Part shown: in pieces, positions 41,582 to 53,965 of the stretch
Numbering within the stretch: position 1 is the first letter of the stretch
How the letters are laid out: the number at the start of each line of letters is the position of its first letter
Origin: a plasmid
Strand: one strand, 5' to 3'
Sequence record: CP113993.1
Length of the DNA stretch: 64,000 nt
Notes under the pieces: model-generated
Databases searched by the model: none
Told to the model about the DNA's origin: nothing
Seen by the model: the letters and a program-made list of their open reading frames with translations, nothing else
Made by a program: the position numbers and the translations under genes

Positions 41582-42381
41582 CGCAATCTGCAATGTGCAT
41601 CCCGCTGTGGCCCGCCCGGAACGGCAATACTGCGCATCTGGTCATGTGCCCTTTCGCTGGCGGCAGCAGTAGCGCGTTTCGCCACTGGCAAGCTGAGCAA
41701 CTGGCTGATTGCGCGCTTTCTCTGGTGATCTGGCCGGGGCGCGATCGCCTTCGCCATCTGGAACCGCTCAGAAGCATTACCCAACTGGCGGCACTGCTGA
41801 CGAACGAGCTGGAAGCATCCGTATCGCCTGACACGCCGCTTTTACTCGCCGGGCACAGCATGGGGGCGCAGGTGGCGTTTGAAACCTGCCGACTTCTGGA
41901 GCAACAGGGGCATGCGCCGCAAGGACTGATTATTTCCGGGTGCCATGCCCCGCATCTGCATTCTGAACGCCAGCTCAGCCATCGCGATGATGCCGACTTT
42001 ATCGCTGAACTGATAGACATTGGCGGATGTTCTCCTGAACTGCGGGAAAACCAGGAATTAATGTCGCTGTTTCTTCCTCTTCTGCGCGCTGATTTTGACG
42101 CCACCGAGAGCTATCACTACGACTCGCCCGACGTCTGCCCGCCGCTGCGCACGCCTGCGCTGTTATTGTGCGGTAGCCACGATCGCGAAGCCTCCTGGCA
42201 GCAGGTCGATGCCTGGCGTCAGTGGCTGAGCCACGTTACAGGCCCGGTGGTGATTGACGGCGATCATTTCTATCCCATTCAACAAGCCCGGTCCTTTTTT
42301 ACGCAGATTGTCCGCCATTTTCCCCATGCATTTTCTGCAATGACCGCTTTGCAAAAACAGCCCAGCACTTCAGAAAGGTGA
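41578..42381 (+). CDS. ybtT: YbtT (Irp4) type II thioesterase
   Basis: GHSMG serine motif, alpha/beta hydrolase. GTG start overlaps the ybtU stop. Confidence 0.88.
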   Translation: MTQSAMCIPLWPARNGNTAHLVMCPFAGGSSSAFRHWQAEQLADCALSLVIWPGRDRLRHLEPLRSITQLAALLTNELEASVSPDTPLLLAGHSMGAQVAFETCRLLEQQGHAPQGLIISGCHAPHLHSERQLSHRDDADFIAELIDIGGCSPELRENQELMSLFLPLLRADFDATESYHYDSPDVCPPLRTPALLLCGSHDREASWQQVDAWRQWLSHVTGPVVIDGDHFYPIQQARSFFTQIVRHFPHAFSAMTALQKQPSTSER

Positions 42382-42384
42382 CGC

Positions 42385-43962
42385 ATGAATTCTTCCTTTG
42401 AATCTCTGATTGAACAGTATCCCTTACCCATTGCCGAACAGTTGCGCCACTGGGCGGCCCGTTATGCCTCGCGAATTGCCGTCGTTGATGCAAAGGGGTC
42501 GTTAACCTACAGCGCGCTTGATGCACGGGTCGACGAACTTGCCGCAGGTCTGTCATCACTGGGTTTACGTTCGGGGGAGCATGTGATTGTGCAGCTTCCC
42601 AACGACAACGCGTTTGTTACCCTGCTGTTCGCCTTGTTAAGACTGGGCGTTATCCCCGTGCTGGCGATGCCCTCCCAACGGGCGCTGGATATCGACGCGC
42701 TGGTTGAGCTGGCGCAACCCGTCGCTTACGTTATTCACGGGGAAAACCACGCAGAGCTGGCCCGACAGATGGCGCACAAACACGCCTGCTTGCGTCATGT
42801 TCTGGTCGCTGGAGAGACCGTGAGCAACGATTTTACGCCGCTCTTCTCCCTTCACGGTGAGCAGCAGGCGTGGCCGCAGCCTGATGTTTCCGCCACCGCG
42901 TTGCTGCTACTTTCTGGCGGCACAACCGGCACGCCCAAACTCATCCCTCGCCGACACGCCGACTATAGCTATAACTTCAGCGCTTCTGCTGAACTGTGCG
43001 GCATCAGTCAACAGAGCGTATATCTCGCCGTCCTCCCGGTGGCGCATAACTTTCCGCTGGCCTGCCCCGGCATTCTGGGTACGCTTGCCTGCGGCGGAAA
43101 AGTGGTGCTGACCGACAGCGCCAGCTGTGATGAGGTGATGCCGTTAATCGCGCGGGAAGGAGTGACTCATGTCGCCCTGGTTCCGGCGCTGGCGCAATTA
43201 TGGGTACAGGCCAGGGAGTGGGAAGACAGCGACCTCTCGTCGCTGCGCGTCATTCAGGCAGGCGGCGCCCGGCTCGACCCGGCGCTTGCTGAGCAGGCTA
43301 TCGCCACCTTTGACTGTACCCTGCAACAGGTCTTCGGTATGGCGGAAGGCCTGCTCTGCTTTACCCGGCTGGACGATCCGCATACCACTATTCTCCACAG
43401 CCAGGGGCGCCCGTTGTCCCCTCTGGATGAAATCCGCATCGTTGATCAAAACGAGAACGACGTCGCGCCGGGCGAAACAGGGCAATTGTTAACGCGCGGC
43501 CCTTATACCATTTCAGGTTATTACCGCGCCCCTGCCCACAACGCGCAGGCCTTTACCACGCAAGGGTTTTACCGCACAGGCGACAATGTCAGGCTGGATG
43601 AGGCGGGGAACCTGCACGTTGAGGGGCGCATAAAAGAGCAGATCAACCGCGCCGGAGAAAAAATAGCCGCGGCTGAAGTGGAGTCGGCACTGATGCGTTT
43701 AGCGGAAGTGCAAGATTGCGCGGTGGTCGCCGCGCCGGACACGCTGCTTGGTGAGCGGATTTGCGCGTTTATCATCGCGCAGCAGGTGCCAACTGACTAT
43801 CAGCAGTTGCGTCAACAACTGACCCGTATGGGGCTCAGCGCGTGGAAAATTCCTGACCAAATCGAGTTTCTGGCCCACTGGCCACTCACCGCCGTCGGCA
43901 AGATAGACAAAAAACGCCTGACGGCTCTCGCCATCGACCGTTATCGCCATTCTGCCCAATAA
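42385..43962 (+). CDS. ybtE: YbtE (Irp5) salicyl-AMP ligase
   Basis: Aryl-acid adenylation enzyme motifs (LSGGTTGTPKLIPR, YRTGD); 525 aa. Confidence 0.92.
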   Translation: MNSSFESLIEQYPLPIAEQLRHWAARYASRIAVVDAKGSLTYSALDARVDELAAGLSSLGLRSGEHVIVQLPNDNAFVTLLFALLRLGVIPVLAMPSQRALDIDALVELAQPVAYVIHGENHAELARQMAHKHACLRHVLVAGETVSNDFTPLFSLHGEQQAWPQPDVSATALLLLSGGTTGTPKLIPRRHADYSYNFSASAELCGISQQSVYLAVLPVAHNFPLACPGILGTLACGGKVVLTDSASCDEVMPLIAREGVTHVALVPALAQLWVQAREWEDSDLSSLRVIQAGGARLDPALAEQAIATFDCTLQQVFGMAEGLLCFTRLDDPHTTILHSQGRPLSPLDEIRIVDQNENDVAPGETGQLLTRGPYTISGYYRAPAHNAQAFTTQGFYRTGDNVRLDEAGNLHVEGRIKEQINRAGEKIAAAEVESALMRLAEVQDCAVVAAPDTLLGERICAFIIAQQVPTDYQQLRQQLTRMGLSAWKIPDQIEFLAHWPLTAVGKIDKKRLTALAIDRYRHSAQ

Positions 43963-43972
43963 GCGCAAACCG

Positions 43973-44037
43973 ACCCGAAACAGGTTGAAATAAACCCGTT
44001 TCGGGTAGCACCACCATTAGAAATAGTTATCATTTTC
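43973..44037 (+). promoter_or_regulatory. fyuA promoter: YbtA-box-like inverted repeat plus a Fur-box-like element
   Basis: ACCCGAAACAGG-N-CCCGTTTCGGGT matches the irp2 promoter repeat. AATAGTTATCATTTTCA is Fur-like. Confidence 0.5.
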
Positions 44038-44092
44038 AATTCACCATTGTCGGTATTTTTGGCGTTTCGCCGTCTTACAGGGACTCACAACA

Positions 44093-46114
44093 ATGAAAAT
44101 GACACGGCTTTATCCTCTGGCCTTGGGGGGATTATTGCTCCCCGCCATTGCTAATGCCCAGACTTCACAGCAAGACGAAAGCACGCTGGTGGTTACCGCC
44201 AGTAAACAATCTTCCCGCTCGGCATCAGCCAACAATGTCTCGTTTACCGTTGTCAGCGCGCCGGAGTTAAGCGACGCCGGCGTTACCGCCAGCGACAAAC
44301 TCCCCAAAGTCTTGCCTGGGCTCAATATTGAAAATAGCGGCAACATGCTTTTTTCGACAATCTCGCTACGCGGCGTCTCTTCGGCGCAGGACTTCTATAA
44401 CCCCGCCGTCACCCTGTATGTCGATGGCGTCCCTCAGCTTTCTACCAACACCATCCAGGCGCTTACCGATGTGCAAAGCGTGGAGTTGCTGCGTGGCCCA
44501 CAGGGAACGTTATATGGCAAAAGCGCTCAGGGCGGGATCATCAACATCGTCACCCGGCAGCCGGACAACACGCCGCGCGGCTATATTGAAGGCGGCGTCA
44601 GCAGCCGCGACAGTTATCGAAGTAAACTCAACCTGAGCGGCCCCATTCAGGATGGCCTGCTGTACGGCAGCGTCACCCTGTTACGCCAGGTTGATGACGG
44701 CGACATGATTAACCCCGCGACAGGAAGCGATGATTTAGGCGGCACCCGCGCCAGCATAGGGAATGTGAAACTGCGTCTGGCGCCGGACGATCAGCCCTGG
44801 GAAATAGGCTTTGCCGCCTCACGCGAATGTACCCGTGCCACCCAGGACGCCTATGTGGGATGGAATGATATTAAGGGCCGTAAGCTGTCGATCAGCGATG
44901 GTTTACCAGACCCGTACATGCGGCGCTGCACTGACAGTCAGACCCTGAGTGGGAAATACACCACCGACGACTGGGTTTTCAACCTGATCAGCGCCTGGCA
45001 GCAGCAGCATTATTCGCGCACCTTCCCTTCCGGTTCGTTAATCGTCAATATGCCTCAGCGCTGGAATCAGGATGTCCAGGAGCTGCGCGCCGCAACCCTG
45101 GGCGATGCGCGTACCGTTGATATGGTGTTTGGCCTCTATCGCCAGAACACGCGCGAGCAAATGCAGGCAACTTACGACATGCCTACCATGCGTTATCTGA
45201 CCAGCGCCGGCTATACCACCGCTGAAACGCTGGCCGCATACAGTGACCTGACCTGGCATTTAACCGATCGTTTTGATATCGGCGGCGGCGTGCGCTTCTC
45301 GCATGATAAATCCAGTACACAATATCACGGCAGCATGCGCGGCAATCCGTTTGGCGACCAGGGTAAGAGCAATGACGATCAGGTGCTCGGACAGCTATCC
45401 GCAGGCTATATGCTGACCGACGACTGGAGAGTGTATACCCGTGTGGCCCAGGGATATAAACCTTCCGGGTACAACATCGTGCCTACTGCGGGTCTTGATG
45501 CCAAACCGTTCGTCGCCGAGAAATCCATCAACTATGAACTTGGCACTCGCTACGAAACCGCTGACGTCACGCTGCAAGCCGCGACGTTTTATACCCACAC
45601 CAAAGACATGCAGCTCTACTCTGGTCCGGTCGGGATGCAGACATTAAGCAATGCGGGTAAAGCCGACGCCACCGGCGTTGAGCTTGAAGCGAAATGGCGG
45701 TTTGCGCCAGGCTGGTCATGGGATATCAATGGCAACGTGATCCGTTCCGAATTCACCAATGACAGTGAGTTGTATCACGGCAACCGGGTGCCGTTCGTAC
45801 CTCGTTATGGCGCGGGAAGCAGCGTGAACGGCGTGATTGATACGCGCTATGGCGCACTGATGCCCCGACTGGCGGTTAATCTGGTCGGGCCGCATTATTT
45901 CGATGGCGACAACCAGTTACGGCAAGGCACCTATGCCACCCTGGACAGCAGCCTGGGCTGGCAGGCGACTGAACGGATGAACATTTCCGTCTATGTCGAT
46001 AACCTGTTCGACCGTCGTTACCGTACCTATGGCTACATGAACGGCAGCAGCGCCGTCGCGCAGGTCAATATGGGGCGCACCGTCGGTATCAATACGCGAA
46101 TTGATTTCTTCTGA
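44093..46114 (+). CDS. fyuA: FyuA/Psn TonB-dependent outer-membrane receptor for ferric yersiniabactin and pesticin
   Basis: 673 aa, signal peptide MKMTRLYPLALGGLLLPAIANA, TonB box, C-terminal Phe typical of beta-barrels. Confidence 0.93.
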   Translation: MKMTRLYPLALGGLLLPAIANAQTSQQDESTLVVTASKQSSRSASANNVSFTVVSAPELSDAGVTASDKLPKVLPGLNIENSGNMLFSTISLRGVSSAQDFYNPAVTLYVDGVPQLSTNTIQALTDVQSVELLRGPQGTLYGKSAQGGIINIVTRQPDNTPRGYIEGGVSSRDSYRSKLNLSGPIQDGLLYGSVTLLRQVDDGDMINPATGSDDLGGTRASIGNVKLRLAPDDQPWEIGFAASRECTRATQDAYVGWNDIKGRKLSISDGLPDPYMRRCTDSQTLSGKYTTDDWVFNLISAWQQQHYSRTFPSGSLIVNMPQRWNQDVQELRAATLGDARTVDMVFGLYRQNTREQMQATYDMPTMRYLTSAGYTTAETLAAYSDLTWHLTDRFDIGGGVRFSHDKSSTQYHGSMRGNPFGDQGKSNDDQVLGQLSAGYMLTDDWRVYTRVAQGYKPSGYNIVPTAGLDAKPFVAEKSINYELGTRYETADVTLQAATFYTHTKDMQLYSGPVGMQTLSNAGKADATGVELEAKWRFAPGWSWDINGNVIRSEFTNDSELYHGNRVPFVPRYGAGSSVNGVIDTRYGALMPRLAVNLVGPHYFDGDNQLRQGTYATLDSSLGWQATERMNISVYVDNLFDRRYRTYGYMNGSSAVAQVNMGRTVGINTRIDFF

Positions 46115-46449
46115 CTCTTTAATAAATATCCTCCGTTGATGCCTGAGAATATTTATTTCCAGACCCGGGCCCCCATAAAGGACTCTGAAGTGTCTGTTAA
46201 CCCCGTGGTGATTCACTTCTGGCTTTTCTGCCTTATATCCCCGCCCGCACTGGGCGAGGGTTTACGGCGGTTTTTGCTAAAAGCCGGTTTAGCTGGTGGC
46301 ATTCGCCAGATATCAGACCTGCTATTCAATAAATTCCGGCCTAACGTGTACCATTCCGGATATGGTTCTGGATCCCCCGTGGAAAGCTCTACGGAAGTGA
46401 GGCAGGCCACAGGTGGAAAAATTCCGTAATTTATTCACCTGTGGCCTGC

Positions 46450-47238
46450 TTAAATTGCAGGAATATAATTACTTCCCGGGAAATATTTATCCACTAACGC
46501 ATAAAGAATTGCCGTTGTTTCAGCGTCAACGACACCATCATAATTCTTTTGTCGGAAGTGAAGCTGAAATGTACGGATTAAATTCTTGTATCCGATTTCT
46601 GTTCCAGCATCTGAGATGTCGTATCCGTACGCTTTTAACTTAGCAACAATATCTGCTTTAGATGGTAAAGACTTGCTGAACTGCGTCAGATAGTGTTGCA
46701 TGATCGATTCCTCATACCATGCACCGATACCAGCGTCGTAAAGTTCTTTCCACGGGAAAGCCGCTCCAGGATCACTTTTTCTTCCCGGGGCAATATCGCT
46801 GTGTCCGACAACATTCACAGGCGTAATATCAGGATATCGTTGCAGAATATTGGCGGCCAGCTCCTTGATTGCATCAATCTGGACCGGGTTATAGGGAGGA
46901 AAGACAAACACGCCGTTGTTATCACAGGCCAGGTTAACCGTCTCAATCCCAATGGCAGTATCATTCAGGTTGCTGCGTCCGGCCCATGAACTTACTCCAG
47001 CATGCCAGGCTCGCTCATTTTCATCAACCAGGTTGAATATACGCATATCCTTAAAACCTGCATCAATATACGTTTTTTCTGATGGATCAGGAATAAGATA
47101 GTGAGCGCTTACCGAAGGCCCGGTCAAAGCGGTAATTGACGCCTTAAAATCAAGAGCAGTATAGTGCATAACAAGGAAGCGAACACGATGATTGAAACCT
47201 TTTATCGCGCGATAGCTATTATAATCAACAGTATACAT
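46450..47238 (-). CDS. N-acetylmuramoyl-L-alanine amidase (amidase_2 / AmiD-AmpD family) with a C-terminal peptidoglycan-binding domain and no signal peptide
   Basis: Zn-ligand-region motifs (FLVMHYTA...SAHYLIP...WHAG...GHSDIAP) are collinear with AmiD. The N-terminus is not hydrophobic. Strong ribosome-binding site AAGGAGG. Confidence 0.75.
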   Translation of the reverse strand: MYTVDYNSYRAIKGFNHRVRFLVMHYTALDFKASITALTGPSVSAHYLIPDPSEKTYIDAGFKDMRIFNLVDENERAWHAGVSSWAGRSNLNDTAIGIETVNLACDNNGVFVFPPYNPVQIDAIKELAANILQRYPDITPVNVVGHSDIAPGRKSDPGAAFPWKELYDAGIGAWYEESIMQHYLTQFSKSLPSKADIVAKLKAYGYDISDAGTEIGYKNLIRTFQLHFRQKNYDGVVDAETTAILYALVDKYFPGSNYIPAI

Positions 47239-47736
47239 TGAAACCTCCTTATGTTGTTAAACTATCAATACCGGGATGTATGACAACAAGATGTATACAA
47301 AGAAGAGACACGCGTAGCTCTGAAAATTTTTGTTGAAGTGATTCATAATTGTTGTTCAGGTGAAAATCACTGCGCATCTACGGTTACAGTTGACCACCCT
47401 GCCCGTTACTGTTTTACCTTAAGATTTTCATTTTCAATTATTGTAGTTTTGTGAAAATGACAGTATCAGTTCTTCAATCATGGCATACAGATCGAGTTCT
47501 TTTTCAGAATAAAAATGCCATCAGGCTATGGGAGACATTCGCCTGAGTGGGGGCAGCCTCCTGGTATTAACAGTTTCGGAAACCACGACAGCAAGGTGAA
47601 GTGACTAATAATGCTGAGCAGTCGCCCACACTGATTTCTAATTTCCGGCTCAATATGGATCTGGCCTGTCAGCTCTTTTTTCCATCAACAACGCAGGGGA
47701 TTATCGTTAACCGACATCCCCTGATAACTTTAGTTA

Positions 47737-47994
47737 TTAGAATGAAGGACCATGCCATTCCGTCATAGGTTGATTCCAGTTTGGTTTTGGAATTAATGGC
47801 TCACTGATATTGTGTGCTTTAGGGTCGAGTTTACTTGGGTCTTTACCATTATTATGACCACAGGCAGGGACGCCCAAAATAGAGTCTATTGCACATCCTG
47901 CTTTTGCTCCTAGCTCTCCACTTGTATAGCCACCATAGTCACCGAATCCCGCACCACTGACATTAATAATTTCATTTTCAGATAATGATTTCAT
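47737..47994 (-). CDS. Candidate class II microcin/bacteriocin precursor with a double-glycine leader (leader MKSLSENEIINVSGA, mature peptide about 70 aa with 2 Cys)
   Basis: The leader has hydrophobic residues at -4, -7, -12, -15, Glu at -8 and Gly-Ala at -2/-1, as in MccH47, MccM and ColV. The mature part is Gly-rich with a CAIDSILGVPAC pair. It lies in a long AT-rich tract. Confidence 0.5.
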   Translation of the reverse strand: MKSLSENEIINVSGAGFGDYGGYTSGELGAKAGCAIDSILGVPACGHNNGKDPSKLDPKAHNISEPLIPKPNWNQPMTEWHGPSF

Positions 47995-48429
47995 ATTCCA
48001 ATACCTTTAAGAGATGTTTTCGATCTTCATTGAAGTCCCGGCTAATATTAGCCTTTTTAAATGGGATGAAAAGCTTTATTTCATAAACAATAACACACTA
48101 AAAGTAAAAATATCTTCTGGAAGTAATTATATTCTTTTATATTCACTGTACTATTTTTAATATATGTTTATTTTTTAAAAGCAAAGCTCTAAACCACCAT
48201 AGTGGAATTTAACTAAGTAAATCTGGTAGTTAACCCCTGCTGGATAATTATCCTAATTGTTTATCATACCATCATTAAAGTAACTGTATTTTCTTTCATA
48301 ATATTACATAGTCTTACAATCAGTGCTAACATTGATAGAGAGGTTGTTAGCGGGTACCTCCAAATTTTTACGATACTTATTATACGACTGGTGTAAGGCT
48401 TATAACTGCGTCAGCCCTTCAATCATGGT

Positions 48430-48695
48430 GTCAGAATCAACTTTTCCCGTTCCGGAAAACCAACAGATAATCCATATATTGAGTCATTTAACGGCAGTCT
48501 GCGGGATGAATGCCTGAACCTGCACTGGTTCCTGTCGCTGAAAGATGTACAGGACAAACCCGATAAGTGGCGCAGGGAATATCATCATGAGAGGACGTAT
48601 TCATCCCTGAATAACATGACTCCGGCTGAATTCATCCAAAGTCTCCGAAACCTTTCCGGAAGTAGAAAAAGAAAAATCCTGTAAACACACAGACG
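48430..48695 (+). mobile_element. 3' fragment of an IS3-family (IS407-group-like) orfB / integrase-core gene
   Basis: Translation [54 protein letters not shown] is about 80% identical to the C-terminus of the orfB at 61368..62177. Confidence 0.6.
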
Positions 48696-48821
48696 GGCTG
48701 TTACGCGTATGGAAGCTTTTTTGTGCTGTCAATCTGGAAAGTTTGTTGCCAGTTGGTAATTTTCCTGACGCACTGAAAGTACAGTATTACATAACTGAAT
48801 GATATATCTGTTTTATTTTTC

Positions 48822-48837
48822 TGGCACAACAATTGCT
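48822..48837 (+). promoter_or_regulatory. Sigma-54 (-24/-12) promoter upstream of megL
   Basis: TGGCAC-N5-TTGCT, about 40 bp upstream of the megL ATG. A sigma-54 activator is encoded at 51516..52730. Confidence 0.55.
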
Positions 48838-48848
48838 ACGTTTCATGA

Positions 48849-50075
<1,227 letters not shown>

Positions 50076-50188
50076 CGATGTGGCGGTGAACTGCTGTTAC
50101 CGGTTCACCACATCAGGTATCCAGACTACGCCTGGCTACAGGCGTAATACATCATCGAAAAGCTTCGCTTATTTTTGCAGGGGGCTCT

Positions 50189-51487
50189 ATGCAGGACGAC
50201 ACATTACAATTAAATAACAGTAAAGCAACGACCACACCGCTTTCAACGAGATTACCGTTTACAAAATATGATTTTGGCTGGGTGCTCTTGTGTATCGGTA
50301 TGGCGATCGGCGCCGGTACCGTATTAATGCCTGTGCAAATCGGTCTCAAGGGGATCTGGGTATTTATTACCGCTTTTATCATCGCCTATCCCGCTACCTA
50401 TATTGTGCAGGATATTTATCTAAAAACGTTGTCTGAAAGCGAAACCTGTGACGATTATACAGATATTATCAGTCACTACCTGGGCAAAAACTGGGGCGTT
50501 TTCCTCGGTGTAATCTATTTTCTTATGATTATCCACGGGGTGTTTATTTACTCCCTGTCGGTTGTGTTTGATAGCGCCTCCTATATAAAAACCTTCGGCC
50601 TTACTGAGGCCGATCTTTCGCAGTCTATTATCTATAAAGTCGCGATTTTCGCCGTGCTGGTCGCGATTGCCTCCGGCGGGGAAAAGCTATTATTTAAAAT
50701 TTCAGGCCCGATGGTAGTGGTGAAAGTCGGGATCATTCTGATATTCGGTTTTGCGATGATCCCACACTGGAACCTTGATAATATTTCCGCCTTTCCCGCC
50801 GCATCGGTTTTCTTTCGCGACGTACTGCTCACTATCCCATTCTGCTTCTTTTCTGCGGTCTTCATTCAGGTGCTAAACCCAATGAACATCGCCTATCGTA
50901 AGCGCGAGCCTGACCGTGTGCTGGCCACCCGGATGGCGATTCGCACGCACCGCATTAGCTATATTACGCTGATTGCCATTATTCTCTTTTTCTCGTTCTC
51001 GTTTACCTTTTCGATTAGCCATGAAGAAGCGGTATCAGCGTTCGAGCAGAATATTTCCGCCCTTGCGCTGGCAGCTCAGGTGATTCCTGGCCAGATAATC
51101 CACATTACCTCTACCATTCTCAATATTTTTGCCGTACTTACCGCGTTCTTTGGTATTTATTTAGGATTTCACGAAGCGCTTAAAGGTATTGTACTGAATG
51201 TATTGAGTCGTATTATGGATGTCAAAAACGTCAACTCACTGCTACTGACATCTGGAATCTGTGTCTTTATCGTGGTTACTCTGGTCATTTGGGTTTCGTT
51301 TCGCGTCTCTGTGCTGGTCTTTTTCCAGTTAGGCAGTCCGCTTTATGGCATTGTCGCGTGTATTATTCCCTTTTTCCTGATTTATAAAGTAACGCAACTG
51401 GAAAAATTACGTGGCCTGAAAACCTGGTTAATACTGCTGTACGGGATTCTGCTGTGCCTCTCACCGTTATTAAAACTGATTGAATAA
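50189..51487 (+). CDS. Amino-acid permease (HAAAP / TdcC-SdaC-Mtr-like family), probably a methionine transporter partnered with megL
   Basis: 432 aa with about 11 TM helices. The N-terminal motif [14 protein letters not shown]...G.AIGAG is typical of hydroxy/aromatic amino-acid permeases. Confidence 0.7.
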   Translation: MQDDTLQLNNSKATTTPLSTRLPFTKYDFGWVLLCIGMAIGAGTVLMPVQIGLKGIWVFITAFIIAYPATYIVQDIYLKTLSESETCDDYTDIISHYLGKNWGVFLGVIYFLMIIHGVFIYSLSVVFDSASYIKTFGLTEADLSQSIIYKVAIFAVLVAIASGGEKLLFKISGPMVVVKVGIILIFGFAMIPHWNLDNISAFPAASVFFRDVLLTIPFCFFSAVFIQVLNPMNIAYRKREPDRVLATRMAIRTHRISYITLIAIILFFSFSFTFSISHEEAVSAFEQNISALALAAQVIPGQIIHITSTILNIFAVLTAFFGIYLGFHEALKGIVLNVLSRIMDVKNVNSLLLTSGICVFIVVTLVIWVSFRVSVLVFFQLGSPLYGIVACIIPFFLIYKVTQLEKLRGLKTWLILLYGILLCLSPLLKLIE

Positions 51488-51515
51488 CCACGGTGTACGC
51501 CGAAACCTATGGCTT

Positions 51516-52730
51516 TCAACACGATGTCATAATCTTATAGCGCCGTATTTTATTCAGAACAGTGGTATGTGATACACCTAGCGCTTTAGCAATACGGCGC
51601 GATGATATTTTATCCTCCACCATCTGCTTGATCATTCGCCGCTCAGCATATTGAGCCAGTTCTCTAAAAGGATACCCGGCATTGTCCTGAATAACCGGGA
51701 ATGTCTCAGCGGCTGGTATCAGCAGCCCCAACTCATCCGCCGTAATTACATCGCTTTCGGACATCAGCATAAGACGAATGATCATATTTTCCAGCTCACG
51801 GACGTTTCCCGGCCAGGAATAGTAGTACAATATCTCAAAACATATTTTATCCAAAATCAAACGTCGATTAAATTCTTTTGCATATTTTTGGATAAAATAG
51901 CGGATCAACAACGTAACATCTTGTGGTCGTTCCCGCAATGGTGGAATCATCAGAGTAAGCACATTAATACGATAATAGAGATCGGCGCGAAGCAGGCGTT
52001 GTTCAAGCAGCTCTTCCAGGCTGGCGTTTGTCGCTACAATAATCCGTGTATTAACAGGGATAATCTGCGAACCTCCAACCCGGCGAATGCCGTCATCCTG
52101 CAAGACACGTAATAACTTAGCCTGAACATTCAGTGGTATTTCGCCAAATTCATCAAGAAACAGAGTGCCGTTATCTGCCATCTCAAATAAGCCTTTTTTT
52201 CCTTTACCATCCGCGCCGCTGAATGTGCCTTTTTCATAGCCAAAGAGCTCACTCTCTATAAGCGATTCCGGTAACGCTGAACAGTTTACCGGAATAAAAG
52301 GATATAATCGTCGAGCTCCGGCATTATGGATGGCACGTGCCAACAGCTCTTTTCCTGTCCCGGTTTCGCCGCGGATTAGCACCGTATATTTACTGTCTGC
52401 AATCTTTACCGCTTTTTCTGTGAGCGATTGCATACTTCGGCTGCTGTAGACGATATCAGAAAATGAACGTGACTCCGTGAATGCCGGGGGCGACATATTA
52501 CTCATGTCTTCAGTTAGATAAAAAACATCAGAAATATCCGCATGACGATGTAATTTCAGATACACAGAAGATATATCATGTAAATGTTGACACCATGATT
52601 TAATCAAAACTCGCCCCGTCGCCACTTTCATTGAGATGATATTCATATTACATTCTGAGAATTCCTTCAGAACATCCTCAACCATTGATATTCGATCAAT
52701 TGTTTTAATATCCCAGCGTATAGTGGCCAC
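51516..52730 (-). CDS. Sigma-54-dependent transcriptional activator, TyrR-like (ACT-like N-terminal domain, AAA+ sigma-54 interaction domain, C-terminal HTH_8)
   Basis: Walker [15 protein letters not shown]-like [15 protein letters not shown], arginine finger region, C-terminal [21 protein letters not shown]. Confidence 0.8.
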   Translation of the reverse strand: MATIRWDIKTIDRISMVEDVLKEFSECNMNIISMKVATGRVLIKSWCQHLHDISSVYLKLHRHADISDVFYLTEDMSNMSPPAFTESRSFSDIVYSSRSMQSLTEKAVKIADSKYTVLIRGETGTGKELLARAIHNAGARRLYPFIPVNCSALPESLIESELFGYEKGTFSGADGKGKKGLFEMADNGTLFLDEFGEIPLNVQAKLLRVLQDDGIRRVGGSQIIPVNTRIIVATNASLEELLEQRLLRADLYYRINVLTLMIPPLRERPQDVTLLIRYFIQKYAKEFNRRLILDKICFEILYYYSWPGNVRELENMIIRLMLMSESDVITADELGLLIPAAETFPVIQDNAGYPFRELAQYAERRMIKQMVEDKISSRRIAKALGVSHTTVLNKIRRYKIMTSC

Positions 52731-53099
52731 ATCTGCTCCATTATGTTCGACAACTGTGAGATGGATAATTTTGTGACATTTACGTTACAGCATACATTAT
52801 AATCAGGATGGCCGAATATTCTGCTGCCAGCTTCACACTGTGCAATAAAAATGGAAATGTGCCAGTGAAGAACTGCATTACAGATCAAGGGGACACAATC
52901 ATACGTCTGAGCTAAAAACTCAGCCTGATCTATGGTCTGGCAGAGCCGGTATTTATATGTACGCATGTACGCGTCATATTTCACATGATAGTGAATTAAT
53001 ACCAGCCTAACACTGTCTCACCGGTCTAACCCAATGATTTCCTGAAAAATTCTGCCAATCGGCTTATTGAACGGAACAGGGTACAGTTTAACGCTGACT

Positions 53100-53760
53100 T
53101 ATTATGCCCAGTACGGTGTTTTATCCCTACATGAACACCACTTCCTATGGAGGTGGTCAGCAATAAGTTGGCTCTGCCAATAATGCTACTCATGGGAAAA
53201 TCCGAATCTGTTATCCCCATAACTGATAAGGATTTAACCATGAGTAGATTCCAGAAAGCATCTCATGTGCTCTGGTGTTGTCAATATCATATTGTATGGA
53301 CACCCAGGTACCGATTTCGCATCCTTAGGAACAATGTTGGCAAAGAGGTCTACAAGCAGATAAGGATCTCAAGTGAGCAGCCAGGGATAGAAGTGGTAGA
53401 GCTGAATGTTCAGATAGATCATGTCCATTTACTGGTAAAAGTCCCGCCACGCCTTTCTATTTCACATGTGATCGGTCATTCGAAAGGTAAAACAGCCCTT
53501 AGGCTGTTCAGCAAATTTCCCTACCTGCGGAAGAACAAGTTGTGGGGAAATCACTTTTGGGCACGGGTTACTGCGTAGATACCGTAGGTATAAATGAAGA
53601 AATGATAAGAAAGTATGTGAAGTATCAGGAAAAGCATGAAGTTGAAGATAGCCAGCTTCCACTAAAAGAGGTGTGAAGGGAAGGCTCTCAGAGTCTGGAC
53701 TTAGTACGCCCCTATGGGGCGCTATCAATGCCACCTGCTATGCAGGTGGTTTTTTACCCG
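53100..53760 (+). mobile_element. IS200/IS605-family element (IS200-like) whose tnpA carries a frameshift
   Basis: Terminal hairpins GCCCCTATGGGGCGC and CCACCTGCATAGCAGGTGG followed by TTTTTT near the right end. tnpA is at 53240..53680. Confidence 0.7.
53240..53680 (+). pseudogene. tnpA: IS200-type Y1 (HUH) transposase TnpA with a 1-nt frameshift near codon 112
   Basis: MSRFQKASHVLWCCQYHIVWTPRYRF...HVHLLVKVPP...FWAR, then a frame change into GYCVDTVGINEEMIRKYVKYQEKHEV. Confidence 0.7.
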
Positions 53761-53965
53761 TATAGATTTTAACGTCAATTTACGCACGTATCAGTATTAT
53801 AAAAGTTATAGGTAACGGCTTTTATTGCTCTGTTACGGGTCAGTTTGGATATCGAAAATTATTGTACGTCAAGGCTATTTTTTGACCTTTCGACTTTAGC
53901 TGGTCTCAGCCGACGAAACTTACCGGAAGCCGGTATCCGGTTGCTTTTCCATATATAATCGCCTG

